Assembly: GCA_002402325.1 (NCBI GenBank)
Contig: DHFQ01000128.1
Span: forward strand, 1 to 47,798
Length of the DNA stretch: 47,798 bases
From: Candidatus Aminicenantes bacterium UBA4820
Lineage (GTDB): Bacteria > Acidobacteriota > UBA4820
Direction of reading: 5' to 3'
The notes below the pieces were generated by a model, which did no database searches, was not told the origin of the DNA, and was given only the letters and a program-made list of their open reading frames with translations. Numbering within the stretch: the first letter of the stretch is position 1; every line of letters starts with the position of its first letter. Of the stretch, positions 34,684 to 43,841 are shown one piece after another. Position numbers and translations under genes: made by a program.

Positions 34684-37053
34684 CTACTTTACATTCCCGT
34701 AGTTGCAAAATACTATTCTCATCGGGTCAACATCAATCTTCTTTGGTTTAGAAGGGCTCTTCCATTCTCCCTGCGCCTTGCCATTTTGAAAAAGCAAAAT
34801 GTAATCAAACTTCCTTTTGTCATCAAGCGACACCCTCACCGGAACACCAAAAAAACAATTTATATCACATTTTCCTATTGCCTCTATCACATAACCACCA
34901 TCTTTAGAAACAACATCTGTCTTCACTTCAACCTTTGGCAATCCCGTTGATTCATACCAATCCTTTAAAAATTGTGAAAGTGGAACGCCCATACTACTTT
35001 GCATCTCCCCAAAGAACATCTTTGTAGAAATCTTTTGTCCACGATATTTTGAGCAGATGGTTTGAAGTCCTTTGAAAAATGAATCCTGACCGCCTTTTGT
35101 AAATTTTGATAGAGCAAAAAGCATCTGAAAAACGAAATTGCCCTTTGTATAAATGACATATTGATAACCAAGGTAAGGTTTTGTTGTGAATGTTGAATAA
35201 AGCCTTGAGCCTAAACAGATTGGTCCTTCTTCAAAAGGAACGACCATATCACCCAGAGATGAAGAATTGAATTTGAAAGGATTAAATTCATTCGTGGGGC
35301 TATAATCTTCAGCGTTGATATCTGAATCAAGAGAACTTGTCTTTACAAGAGTTCCATTTAAAAGCATATTTTCATGATAGAGTTTTATTTTATCCTCACC
35401 AAATCTTATTCCCATATAAAGCATTGAAGAGAATTCTGCCATTCCTTCAGAAAGCCACACATCTCTATATGAAAGTCCATCAACAAGATTTCCCCACCAC
35501 TGGTGGGAAACTTCGTGAGCCATAAACTTGTCAGGCCAGGTTGAGCCAAGTCTAAAAAAGGCAGATTCAGAAAGAAGTAACATAGTAGGAAATCCTCTTC
35601 CGTGAGAGTAATGCGTTATTGCGACTTTGAGGGTAGGGTAGGGCAATGGACCAAAAGCCTTTGAGTAAAAAACTATATTGTTTTTCAACTCGTTTAATGT
35701 GTAATCCTGCGCCTGTGTAAGGAGATTCGTTCTAACTCCCTTTGGCAGGGCAACATCAAGTTTTAATCCTTCCGCGTCCATAATTTTATGAATGAATTTG
35801 CCTATGACAAAAGTCGCAAGTTTGACAGGGATTTCAGACTCCCAGACATAGGTTTCAGTTGAATCATCATTTACATTGTGGCTTTTTAGTTCTCCTGTTG
35901 CTATTACTTCATTGTCTTTCGGAACTGTCATTTTGAGTTTATATGTTGCACCATCCCAATCTTTTAAGCAAGGATACCATAAATCTTCATCTCTCAGATA
36001 GAGATAACCATTTGCAGGTTTAAAAAGAATTGCAGAGGTTTTAAAGGTCAATGTGATGTCTCCCTCTTTTGGAGTTTTGAAACCAACGAGAAGTGAATCC
36101 TCATAATATCCCCATTTTTCCGAACAATCCTCCTTAATGAATGAGGCATCCTCTCCATCAACTTTTACACCTACAATGTAGTAATCCGGAAAATATTTAA
36201 AAAGAAGTGCGCTATGTTTTTTCTTTAAGGAAACCTTTACTGTAACGTTCCCATCCAATATTTTTCCATTTTCATCCATTTTATAATCTATTTCGTAACC
36301 TTTGACATCGTAAGGATATTTTTCTTTATACTCCTCCTGAGTAATATCAGGAGTCAAAGAGCCACTTTTGGTCCTATGTATTGCAGAAACACTATCCCAG
36401 AAAAAATCATCCTGTGCAGGAGGATGGGCAAGCCTTAGAAGTTGAACCTCTGTCTCAAGCCGTGAGTCATATCTATAAGCCCAAACATCATCCTTCATTT
36501 CAAAAAGAACTATTATATCCATAGGGTCTGCGAGGTTGTTGTTTATTAGCATAGACAATGTTTCAATTCCTTCTCTTCGTAAAGCGGTTTTGAATCGAGA
36601 AAAATCTTTTGAGGGTGCGGATGGCTGGGAGTCATCCTTCTTTAAAATTGGTAGGTCAGGGCAAGTCCCTATCGGCAGGACATAAAAAGACTTTACCGAA
36701 AGATTTTTGATTTCTCTACTTCCTAAAAATCTTTGAAGTCTTTCCTGCTCAACGATATCATTAACTGCAAAGTTGATCGTTGCATTACCTTCATAAAAAA
36801 ATCCTCTAAAAATGTTCAGTTCATCCTTTTCATAGTATGTGGTTCCATTTGAACAAACAATCTGAAAAGAAGGCCTTTCAATTTTAAAACCATCTGTTAA
36901 CGAAGGTGTGACAGAAAACGCACCGCACATCTTGTTTATAAGCGTAAGGAGGTCCTTTGATGATTCCTTTTGATAGGTATGCGACCATTCAAAATCCATT
37001 GAGAAAAAATTGATTGAAATAACTGCAAATAAAATTGCTAAAATTTTTTTCAT
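34684..37053 (-). CDS. M1 family metallopeptidase (aminopeptidase N-like), secreted
   Basis: HEVSHQWWG zinc motif plus WLSEGMAEF. Signal peptide MKKILAILFAVISINFFS. Start set at ATG 37053, preceded by GGAGGG. Confidence 0.8.
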   Translation of the reverse strand: MKKILAILFAVISINFFSMDFEWSHTYQKESSKDLLTLINKMCGAFSVTPSLTDGFKIERPSFQIVCSNGTTYYEKDELNIFRGFFYEGNATINFAVNDIVEQERLQRFLGSREIKNLSVKSFYVLPIGTCPDLPILKKDDSQPSAPSKDFSRFKTALRREGIETLSMLINNNLADPMDIIVLFEMKDDVWAYRYDSRLETEVQLLRLAHPPAQDDFFWDSVSAIHRTKSGSLTPDITQEEYKEKYPYDVKGYEIDYKMDENGKILDGNVTVKVSLKKKHSALLFKYFPDYYIVGVKVDGEDASFIKEDCSEKWGYYEDSLLVGFKTPKEGDITLTFKTSAILFKPANGYLYLRDEDLWYPCLKDWDGATYKLKMTVPKDNEVIATGELKSHNVNDDSTETYVWESEIPVKLATFVIGKFIHKIMDAEGLKLDVALPKGVRTNLLTQAQDYTLNELKNNIVFYSKAFGPLPYPTLKVAITHYSHGRGFPTMLLLSESAFFRLGSTWPDKFMAHEVSHQWWGNLVDGLSYRDVWLSEGMAEFSSMLYMGIRFGEDKIKLYHENMLLNGTLVKTSSLDSDINAEDYSPTNEFNPFKFNSSSLGDMVVPFEEGPICLGSRLYSTFTTKPYLGYQYVIYTKGNFVFQMLFALSKFTKGGQDSFFKGLQTICSKYRGQKISTKMFFGEMQSSMGVPLSQFLKDWYESTGLPKVEVKTDVVSKDGGYVIEAIGKCDINCFFGVPVRVSLDDKRKFDYILLFQNGKAQGEWKSPSKPKKIDVDPMRIVFCNYGNVK

Positions 37054-37154
37054 TCTTCCCTCCACTAAAAAATTCAATTACTAAAGACTATTTGACAACA
37101 AAAACTAAACTCTGTCAATAAATTTTTGAAGGAATTTAGATTTTTAAAGGAGTT

Positions 37155-37177
37155 AAAAAAAGGGGGCTAGAGCCCCC
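37155..37177 (-). terminator. rho-independent terminator downstream of the ferredoxin gene
   Basis: The minus strand reads GGGGGCT-CT-AGCCCCC followed by T7. It starts 6 nt after the ferredoxin stop codon. Confidence 0.8.
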
Positions 37178-37182
37178 TTTAA

Positions 37183-37416
37183 TTATTCACCATCATCACC
37201 GATGGCTTCTGTTGGGCAGGAACCTTTTGCATCTTCAGCAAGTTGAGTTTCTTCAGCATTTTCGGGTTGTTTTTTTACGAAAGCGTGAGAAGAATCATCA
37301 TTCATCGCAAATAAATCGGGTGCGATTGAAATACAAGAATCGCAAGCGATACAGTTCTCATCAACATACCATTTTCCCGGAACATTTTCACTAAATTTCA
37401 AACTCTTATCTGCCAT
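37183..37416 (-). CDS. small single-cluster ferredoxin
   Basis: CIACDSC...CP cluster ligands. 77 aa, acidic. GGAGG lies upstream of the ATG. Confidence 0.8.
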   Translation of the reverse strand: MADKSLKFSENVPGKWYVDENCIACDSCISIAPDLFAMNDDSSHAFVKKQPENAEETQLAEDAKGSCPTEAIGDDGE

Positions 37417-37588
37417 TTAATCCTCCTTAAAATACGACTAAAATTATCAAAGAGAAATACTATAACCTTTAATAGCCATTCTTGTCAAGGCCATGAAAAT
37501 GGCCATCAATTTAACCTTCAGATAAAATTGGGAATTTTTATTGACAATGTTGCTTTAAGGTTATATTCTTATATCTGAAGGAGGATTT

Positions 37589-39502
37589 TTGAACTATACT
37601 CTCCTGAAAAGGATAAATAATCCTGAGGATTTAAAAAAACTTTCTATAGAAGAACTTCCAAAACTCTGTGAAGAGATAAGAGAGTTTTTGATAGAAAATG
37701 TCTCAAAAACGGGAGGACATCTTGCTTCAAGTCTCGGTGTTGTTGAACTCACCGTTGCTTTGCACTACATCTTTGACACTCCAAAGGATGTAATTGTATG
37801 GGATGTTGGTCATCAAGGATATGCTCATAAAATTTTAACAGAAAGAAGAGATAGATTTCACACATTAAGACAATACGGCGGAATCTCTGGATTTTTAAAA
37901 AGAGAGGAAAGCGTCTATGATGCTTATGGAGCAGGGCACGCCTCAACATCACTTTCAGCAGGGTTTGGAATTGCAGTAGGAAGAGATAAGAACAAAGAGG
38001 ATTTCAGGGTTGTCTCCGTTTTTGGAGATGGTGCTTTGACAGGAGGTCTTTGTTATGAGGCAATAAACAACATTGGCTCAAGCAGTGTTCCAAAATTTAT
38101 TGCCATCCTCAATGACAATAACTGGTCGATTTCAGAAAATGTTGGAGCGATAAACAAATATTTAAACAATTTTGCTCAGACAACGCTTTACAACAGGTTC
38201 AGAAGAAGGGTGAGAGAAGGGCTTGAAAAATTTCCAAAAATTGGTAAGCAGATGACATTTCTTGCAAGAAGAATTGAGGAAGGTGCAAGGGGGATTCTTA
38301 CCTCTGGAGCATTGTTTGAAGCTCTCGGTTTCGATTACATAGGGCCAATAGATGGCCACAATTTAAAGGAACTTATAAAGACACTTAAAAATTTAAAAGA
38401 TACAAACCATCCCGTGCTTCTTCACATTACCACACAAAAGGGAAAGGGTTATCCTCCCGCAGAAAAGGAACCAGAAGACTATCACGGTGTAAAACCTTTT
38501 TGCCCTGAAGATGGGCTTATAGACACTATTCCCGGCGTTCTTCTTTATCAGGATGTGTTTGGAAAAGAGTTAAAGAACCTTGCCCAAATTGATGAAAGAA
38601 TAATAGGGATTACTGCGGCAATGCCTACTGGAACGGGGATAATCCCATTTCTAAAATCTTTTCCCGATAGATTTTATGATGTTGGAATCGCTGAAGAACA
38701 TGCTGTTGTTTTCTCGGCAGGGCTTGCTTCAAGAGGATTAAAGCCCTATGTCGCAATCTATTCAACCTTTCTCCAGCGATCTTACGATCAGATTGTCCAC
38801 GATGTCTGCCTCCAAAAATTACCGGTTGTTTTTTGTATTGACCGTTCTGGAGTTGTTGGAGAAGATGGTCCAACCCATCATGGAACTTTTGACCTTTCCT
38901 ACCTTGTTCACATTCCAAACATCGTAGTTTCAGCTCCAAAAGATGGAAATGAGTTAAGAAACCTGATGTTCACAGCCCTAAAATATGATAAAGGACCTTT
39001 TGCAATAAGATACCCAAAAGCCGAAGCAACACCTTACAATGAGGAAGCAGCACCAGAAGAGATTGAAGTTGGGAAATGGGAAATATTGAATGAGGGAAAG
39101 GATGTTTCCATTCTTGCAGTTGGCTCAATGGTTGCAGAAGCAATGAAGGCGGTAACTCTTTTGAAAGATAGTGGAGTTGATGCTGAACTTGTGAATGCAA
39201 GATTTGTAAAGCCTCTCGACCTTAATTACATTAAAAGTAGAATTCCTTCCTTCTCAAAAATTGTTACGGTAGAAGAGAACTCAATCATTGGAGGCTTTGG
39301 TTCTTACATCGGGATAGTGCTTCAAGAACTTGAAATAAAAACAAATAAGTTGTCTTTAGGGATTCCGGATAAGTTTATTACACAGGGAAAAAGGAATATC
39401 CTTCTTGACGAAATAGGGTTGACGGGAGAAAAAATTGCTGAAAAAATAAAATCCTTTTTAAGAAAATCTGATTCAAAATTGTTAAAAATCCATTCAAAAT
39501 AG
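37589..39502 (+). CDS. dxs: 1-deoxy-D-xylulose-5-phosphate synthase
   Basis: GGHLASSLGVVELTVALH, GDGALTGG and IAEEHAV motifs. TTG start 6 nt after GAAGGAGG. Confidence 0.9.
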   Translation: MNYTLLKRINNPEDLKKLSIEELPKLCEEIREFLIENVSKTGGHLASSLGVVELTVALHYIFDTPKDVIVWDVGHQGYAHKILTERRDRFHTLRQYGGISGFLKREESVYDAYGAGHASTSLSAGFGIAVGRDKNKEDFRVVSVFGDGALTGGLCYEAINNIGSSSVPKFIAILNDNNWSISENVGAINKYLNNFAQTTLYNRFRRRVREGLEKFPKIGKQMTFLARRIEEGARGILTSGALFEALGFDYIGPIDGHNLKELIKTLKNLKDTNHPVLLHITTQKGKGYPPAEKEPEDYHGVKPFCPEDGLIDTIPGVLLYQDVFGKELKNLAQIDERIIGITAAMPTGTGIIPFLKSFPDRFYDVGIAEEHAVVFSAGLASRGLKPYVAIYSTFLQRSYDQIVHDVCLQKLPVVFCIDRSGVVGEDGPTHHGTFDLSYLVHIPNIVVSAPKDGNELRNLMFTALKYDKGPFAIRYPKAEATPYNEEAAPEEIEVGKWEILNEGKDVSILAVGSMVAEAMKAVTLLKDSGVDAELVNARFVKPLDLNYIKSRIPSFSKIVTVEENSIIGGFGSYIGIVLQELEIKTNKLSLGIPDKFITQGKRNILLDEIGLTGEKIAEKIKSFLRKSDSKLLKIHSK

Positions 39503-39519
39503 GTAAGGAGAAAAAAAAG

Positions 39520-40998
39520 ATGAAACTATCAATTGAAAAGAAAGATTATTCAAAGGTAAAAAGCGAAGCGGTTGTTTTAGGCGTTTTTGAAAAATTCTCT
39601 TTTCCAAAGGAGCCATTTTGTAAGACAATTGAAGAAGAGGCAAAAAAAGCTCGATTTGATGGTAATGTTGGAGAAAGTTTTTTTCTTAAAGGAACTCATT
39701 TTGATGGAAAGGTTGTTTTAGTTCTGGGGCTCGGGAAAGAGGATGAATATTCCATAGAAAAAATCAGGGTAGCGCTATCTAATGCAGTGAGGAAATTAAA
39801 GGAAAGATTCATTGAGAGTGCTGTTTTTGCTATACACCCTGAGAAATCAAAAGATGATTTTAAAGAGACAATTTCAACCATTGCAGAGGTTATTGTCCTT
39901 ACAAATAGGAAGTTTGACCGTTACATTACGGATAGGAAAAAACTATTCTTTGGCTTAAATGAAGCAATAATTGTGATAAAAGAGTTAAACAAAAAGGCTG
40001 AGGAAGGGATAAAGAAAGGTAAAACTTTGTCAGAGGCTGTTGTTTTTGCGCGGGACCTCATAACCCTTCCCTCAAATGAAGTAACCCCGACCTATCTCGC
40101 TCAAGAGGCTATGAGTATTGCAAAAGCATACAACTTCAAAGCTAAAATATTAAATGAAAAAGAGTGTAAGAAGTTGGGTATGAATGCCTTCCTTACGGTT
40201 GCGCAGGGCTCAAAAAATCAGCCAAAGTTCATTCATCTTACATATCAGAACGAGAATGCAAAAAAAAGTATCGGCATAATTGGAAAGGGGCTTACCTTTG
40301 ACAGCGGAGGCATATCACTAAAGCCAGCACAGGGAATGGGTGCAATGAAAAGCGATATGTCAGGAGCGGCGGCTGTTCTTGCAACTATGAAGGCAATTGG
40401 GGAGTTAAAACCAGAAGTCAATGTTGAGATGATCATTGCCGCCTGTGAAAATATGCCATCAGGTAAAGCTTACAGGCCCGGGGACATAATTTACACTATG
40501 AGTGGAAAGTCAATTGAAGTTCAAAATACCGATGCAGAGGGAAGATTGACCCTTGCAGATGCAATCACCTACACACAAAAACAAAAAGTTGATGAAATAA
40601 TAGACCTTGCAACTTTAACAGGGGCGTGTATGATTGCCCTTGGACCTGATATTGCCGGGATAATGGGAAACGATCAAAATTTGATAAACTCTCTAATTTC
40701 AATCTCAAAAAAGACGGGAGATTCATTATGGCAACTTCCTCTTGAAGAAGGCTATTTCAGATTTATAAAATCTCCCATCGCTGATATTTGCAACAATTCA
40801 AGTGTAAGATGGGGAGGAGCGATAACTGCGGGGCTATTTTTAAAGTTTTTTGTTGAGAAAAAAATAAAGTGGGCGCACATTGATATAGCAGGTCCAGCAT
40901 ATAGAGATGATGACTTAAATGAAAATCACAAAGCAGAGGGCGCAGGATTTGGAGTGAGGTTACTTGTAAATTACCTCTTAGGGCAAAAAAAGGTTTGA
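39520..40998 (+). CDS. pepA: leucyl aminopeptidase (M17)
   Basis: GKGLTFDSGGISLKP, MKSDMSGAAAV and NTDAEGRLTLADA signatures. 492 aa. Confidence 0.9.
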   Translation: MKLSIEKKDYSKVKSEAVVLGVFEKFSFPKEPFCKTIEEEAKKARFDGNVGESFFLKGTHFDGKVVLVLGLGKEDEYSIEKIRVALSNAVRKLKERFIESAVFAIHPEKSKDDFKETISTIAEVIVLTNRKFDRYITDRKKLFFGLNEAIIVIKELNKKAEEGIKKGKTLSEAVVFARDLITLPSNEVTPTYLAQEAMSIAKAYNFKAKILNEKECKKLGMNAFLTVAQGSKNQPKFIHLTYQNENAKKSIGIIGKGLTFDSGGISLKPAQGMGAMKSDMSGAAAVLATMKAIGELKPEVNVEMIIAACENMPSGKAYRPGDIIYTMSGKSIEVQNTDAEGRLTLADAITYTQKQKVDEIIDLATLTGACMIALGPDIAGIMGNDQNLINSLISISKKTGDSLWQLPLEEGYFRFIKSPIADICNNSSVRWGGAITAGLFLKFFVEKKIKWAHIDIAGPAYRDDDLNENHKAEGAGFGVRLLVNYLLGQKKV

Positions 40999-41018
40999 GA
41001 TAAGTCCTTAGACTTATC
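40999..41018 (+). terminator. perfect 8-bp hairpin just after the pepA stop (possible weak terminator)
   Basis: GATAAGTC-CTTA-GACTTATC. The U-tract is poor and displaced (ACAATTCGGATTTTGGG). Confidence 0.35.
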
Positions 41019-41067
41019 ACAATTCGGATTTTGGGCTCAATGAGTGGGTTATTATATTGAAGAAATA

Positions 41068-41076
41068 TGTTATACT
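41068..41076 (+). promoter_or_regulatory. extended -10 promoter element (TGTTATACT)
   Basis: TGnTATACT match 28 nt upstream of ATG 41104. GAGGAG at 41091-41096. Confidence 0.45.
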
Positions 41077-41103
41077 CAAATATTAAAATGAGGAGAACAT
41101 ATT

Positions 41104-42201
41104 ATGGACATTGAGAAACCAAAATTTTGTGTCGTTGGAGCAGGCAATGGCGGACTTGCTATGGCAGGACACCTTGCAATAATGAAGTTTGATGTCAGGT
41201 TGTTTAATCGTTCGGAAGACAGGTTAAAGGCAATCAAATTTGAAGGTGGAATAGATGTTACTGGAGAGGTTAATGGATTTGGAAAAATAGAGGTTGCGAC
41301 ATCAGACCCTGAAGAAGCGGTAAAAGATGTTGATGTTATAATGGTAGTTGTTCCTGCAACGGCTCATAAAAACATCGCAAAAATGGTTGGCAAATTCTTG
41401 AAGGATGGACAAATAATAATATTGAATCCCGGTAGGACATTTGGCGCGCTTGAATTTTTTAACACTTTAAAGAGAGAAGGATGTAGTTCAGATGTCATTG
41501 TTGGTGAAACACAAACTTTTTTATATGCAAGCAGAGTAACAGGACCTGGACAGGCTAAAATATTTCGGATAAAAAATTCTGTTCCTCTTGCAACCATAAG
41601 GGCATATAAAATTCCTCAAGCCCTTTCGGTTGTCAGAAAAGCATTTCCGCATTTTGTCTCAGGAGATAGTATTTTTAAGACAAGTTTTGATAATATTGGG
41701 TGTGTTTTTCATCCCGCATTGGTGATGTTAAACGCAGGCTGGATAGAAGACCCAATTGATTTTGAGTTTTACTTGCAAGGAACAACGCTATCAACCAGCA
41801 AGGTGCTTGAAGCCATTGATAAGGAGAGGCTTGAAGTTGCATCAGCACTTGGTTTTAGAGCAATGTCTGCAAGAGAATGGCTTTATTATGCTTATGATGT
41901 TTCAGGAAAAACCCTTTTTGAAGCAATTCACGCAAATCCAGGGTATAGGGGTATAATGGCTCCTCACAACACTAATATGAGGTATATAACTGAAGATGTT
42001 CCTTGTAGTCTCGTTCCTATGGCATCAATAGGAAAGAAATTCAATGTTGAAACTCCTCTCATTGATTCAATAATAAAAATTGCATCTGCTATGCATGAAA
42101 GAGATTACTACAAGGAAGGACGAACCATTGAATCTCTTGGAATAGAGGATTTGAATTTAAAGCAGTTAAGATTAGTTGCCATTGGAGAAGACCCAAAATG
42201 A
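41104..42201 (+). CDS. NAD(P)-dependent octopine/nopaline (opine) dehydrogenase family protein
   Basis: N-terminal VVGAGNGGLAMAGHLA dinucleotide fold. The length of 365 aa and the overall pattern fit the opine dehydrogenase family. Confidence 0.7.
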   Translation: MDIEKPKFCVVGAGNGGLAMAGHLAIMKFDVRLFNRSEDRLKAIKFEGGIDVTGEVNGFGKIEVATSDPEEAVKDVDVIMVVVPATAHKNIAKMVGKFLKDGQIIILNPGRTFGALEFFNTLKREGCSSDVIVGETQTFLYASRVTGPGQAKIFRIKNSVPLATIRAYKIPQALSVVRKAFPHFVSGDSIFKTSFDNIGCVFHPALVMLNAGWIEDPIDFEFYLQGTTLSTSKVLEAIDKERLEVASALGFRAMSAREWLYYAYDVSGKTLFEAIHANPGYRGIMAPHNTNMRYITEDVPCSLVPMASIGKKFNVETPLIDSIIKIASAMHERDYYKEGRTIESLGIEDLNLKQLRLVAIGEDPK

Positions 42202-43829
42202 AAAAAGTAATACTTGGTTGTGCCTTAGGACAATGTGTCCATATAGCGGGTTTAAGCCATTTTCTGAGGTTATGTGAAGAAGAGGGATACAGAACGGTTA
42301 ACTTAGGCCCTGCTACAAAAGTTAAGAAATTTCTTGAACAAATTGAAATTATAAGACCCGAAGTTTGTGCGGTTTCTTTTAGACTTACACCAGAAGATTT
42401 TGAACCCTTGCTAAAAGAGTTTATTTCTGGATTTGAAAAACTCCCATATAAACCAATCCTTTTTCTTGGAGGGACTCCACCTGTTGCCGAGTTGGCGAAG
42501 AAGTATAAAATTTTTGATCAGATTTTTGATGGTGAAGAGACTCTTGAAGAGACGAAAGATAGAATTAAAGGGAAAAGACGAACAAGAAGTAAAAAGAGCT
42601 ACCCCTCAACTCTTCTTGAAAGGATTGAATATTGTTATCCTTTGCCTTTAATAAGACACCATTATGGAGAACCTGATTTACTTCGCACTGTAAAAGGGGC
42701 AAGAAAAATAGCCAGATCTGAAGTATTGGATGTGTTGTCTTTAGGACCAGACCAGAATTCTCAAGAATTCTTTTTTTCTCCAGAAAGGATGAACCCAACG
42801 CAAGAGGGCGCAGGGGGAGTGCCTTTGAGAAAAAAGGAAGATTTGAAAGCAATTTACGAGGCAACAAGATGTGGGAATTATCCGCTTTTAAGGTGCTATA
42901 GCGGGACTAATGATCTTATTAAATGGGCAGATATGCTCATTGAAACTATAGACATTGCCTGGGGTGCTGTTCCCTTGTGCTTCTATAGTTCTCTTGATGG
43001 AAGAAGTAAAAAAGGGCTAATAGAAGCAATAGAAGAGAAACAGAAAGCAATAAAGCACTACGCAGAAAGAAAAATTCCCGTTGAAGTCAATGAATCACAC
43101 CAGTGGAGTTTAAGAGATGCACACGATTCGCTTGCTGTTGCAACCGCATTCCTTTCCGCATACAACGCCAAAAAATTGGGCGTAGAGACCTTTATTCTTC
43201 AGATGATGTTTAATACGCCCCCTTCAACTGCCCCACACATGGATCTGGCAAAAATGTGGGCAAAACTTGAAATGGTTACATCCCTTGAAGATGAAAGATT
43301 TAAAGTTTTAAGAGAAGTGAGGGCCGGTATTGCAAGCCTTCCTTCTCAACCTGATATTGCAAAAGGACATCTTTCTGCGTCAACAGTTTATTCAATGTTT
43401 TTAAAGCCACATATCCTTCATATAGTTGGTTTTAGTGAGGGTTACAAGATTGTTAATCCAGAAATTTTAATAGAAAGTTGCAGAATAGGAAGGGGGGCAG
43501 TAAATCTTTCAATAAGTTGTGAATTGGATTTTAAAAACGATAATAAAATTTTCAAAAGAAAGAACCACCTTATAAACGAGGCTCAAGTGATCCTTGAGGC
43601 AATGAAAATTATAGGTAAAGATAGTGAAGACCCTCTTATATCCTCATCAAATCTTACAAAAGCAATCGAGCTCGGAATTCTTGATACGCCACATTTTAAA
43701 GGATTGAGAGGATTAAAAGGTGATGTCCTTACATCTTGCATAAACGGAGGCTGGGATGCGATTAACCCCAATACCAGAGAGCCTATATTAGAAAAAGAGA
43801 GGCTTAAGAATCTGGGCATAGATATCTAA
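42198..43829 (+). CDS. uncharacterised fusion protein: N-terminal cobalamin-binding-like domain (CxHxxG variant) plus a ~400-aa C-terminal domain of unknown function
   Basis: KKVILGCALGQCVHIAGL...GYRTVNLG...EVCAVS...ILFLGGT aligns by eye with glutamate mutase S / B12-binding domains. There is no radical-SAM CxxxCxxC motif. ATGA overlap with the upstream gene. Confidence 0.5.
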   Translation: MKKVILGCALGQCVHIAGLSHFLRLCEEEGYRTVNLGPATKVKKFLEQIEIIRPEVCAVSFRLTPEDFEPLLKEFISGFEKLPYKPILFLGGTPPVAELAKKYKIFDQIFDGEETLEETKDRIKGKRRTRSKKSYPSTLLERIEYCYPLPLIRHHYGEPDLLRTVKGARKIARSEVLDVLSLGPDQNSQEFFFSPERMNPTQEGAGGVPLRKKEDLKAIYEATRCGNYPLLRCYSGTNDLIKWADMLIETIDIAWGAVPLCFYSSLDGRSKKGLIEAIEEKQKAIKHYAERKIPVEVNESHQWSLRDAHDSLAVATAFLSAYNAKKLGVETFILQMMFNTPPSTAPHMDLAKMWAKLEMVTSLEDERFKVLREVRAGIASLPSQPDIAKGHLSASTVYSMFLKPHILHIVGFSEGYKIVNPEILIESCRIGRGAVNLSISCELDFKNDNKIFKRKNHLINEAQVILEAMKIIGKDSEDPLISSSNLTKAIELGILDTPHFKGLRGLKGDVLTSCINGGWDAINPNTREPILEKERLKNLGIDI

Positions 43830-43841
43830 AAGGAGGCAAGA

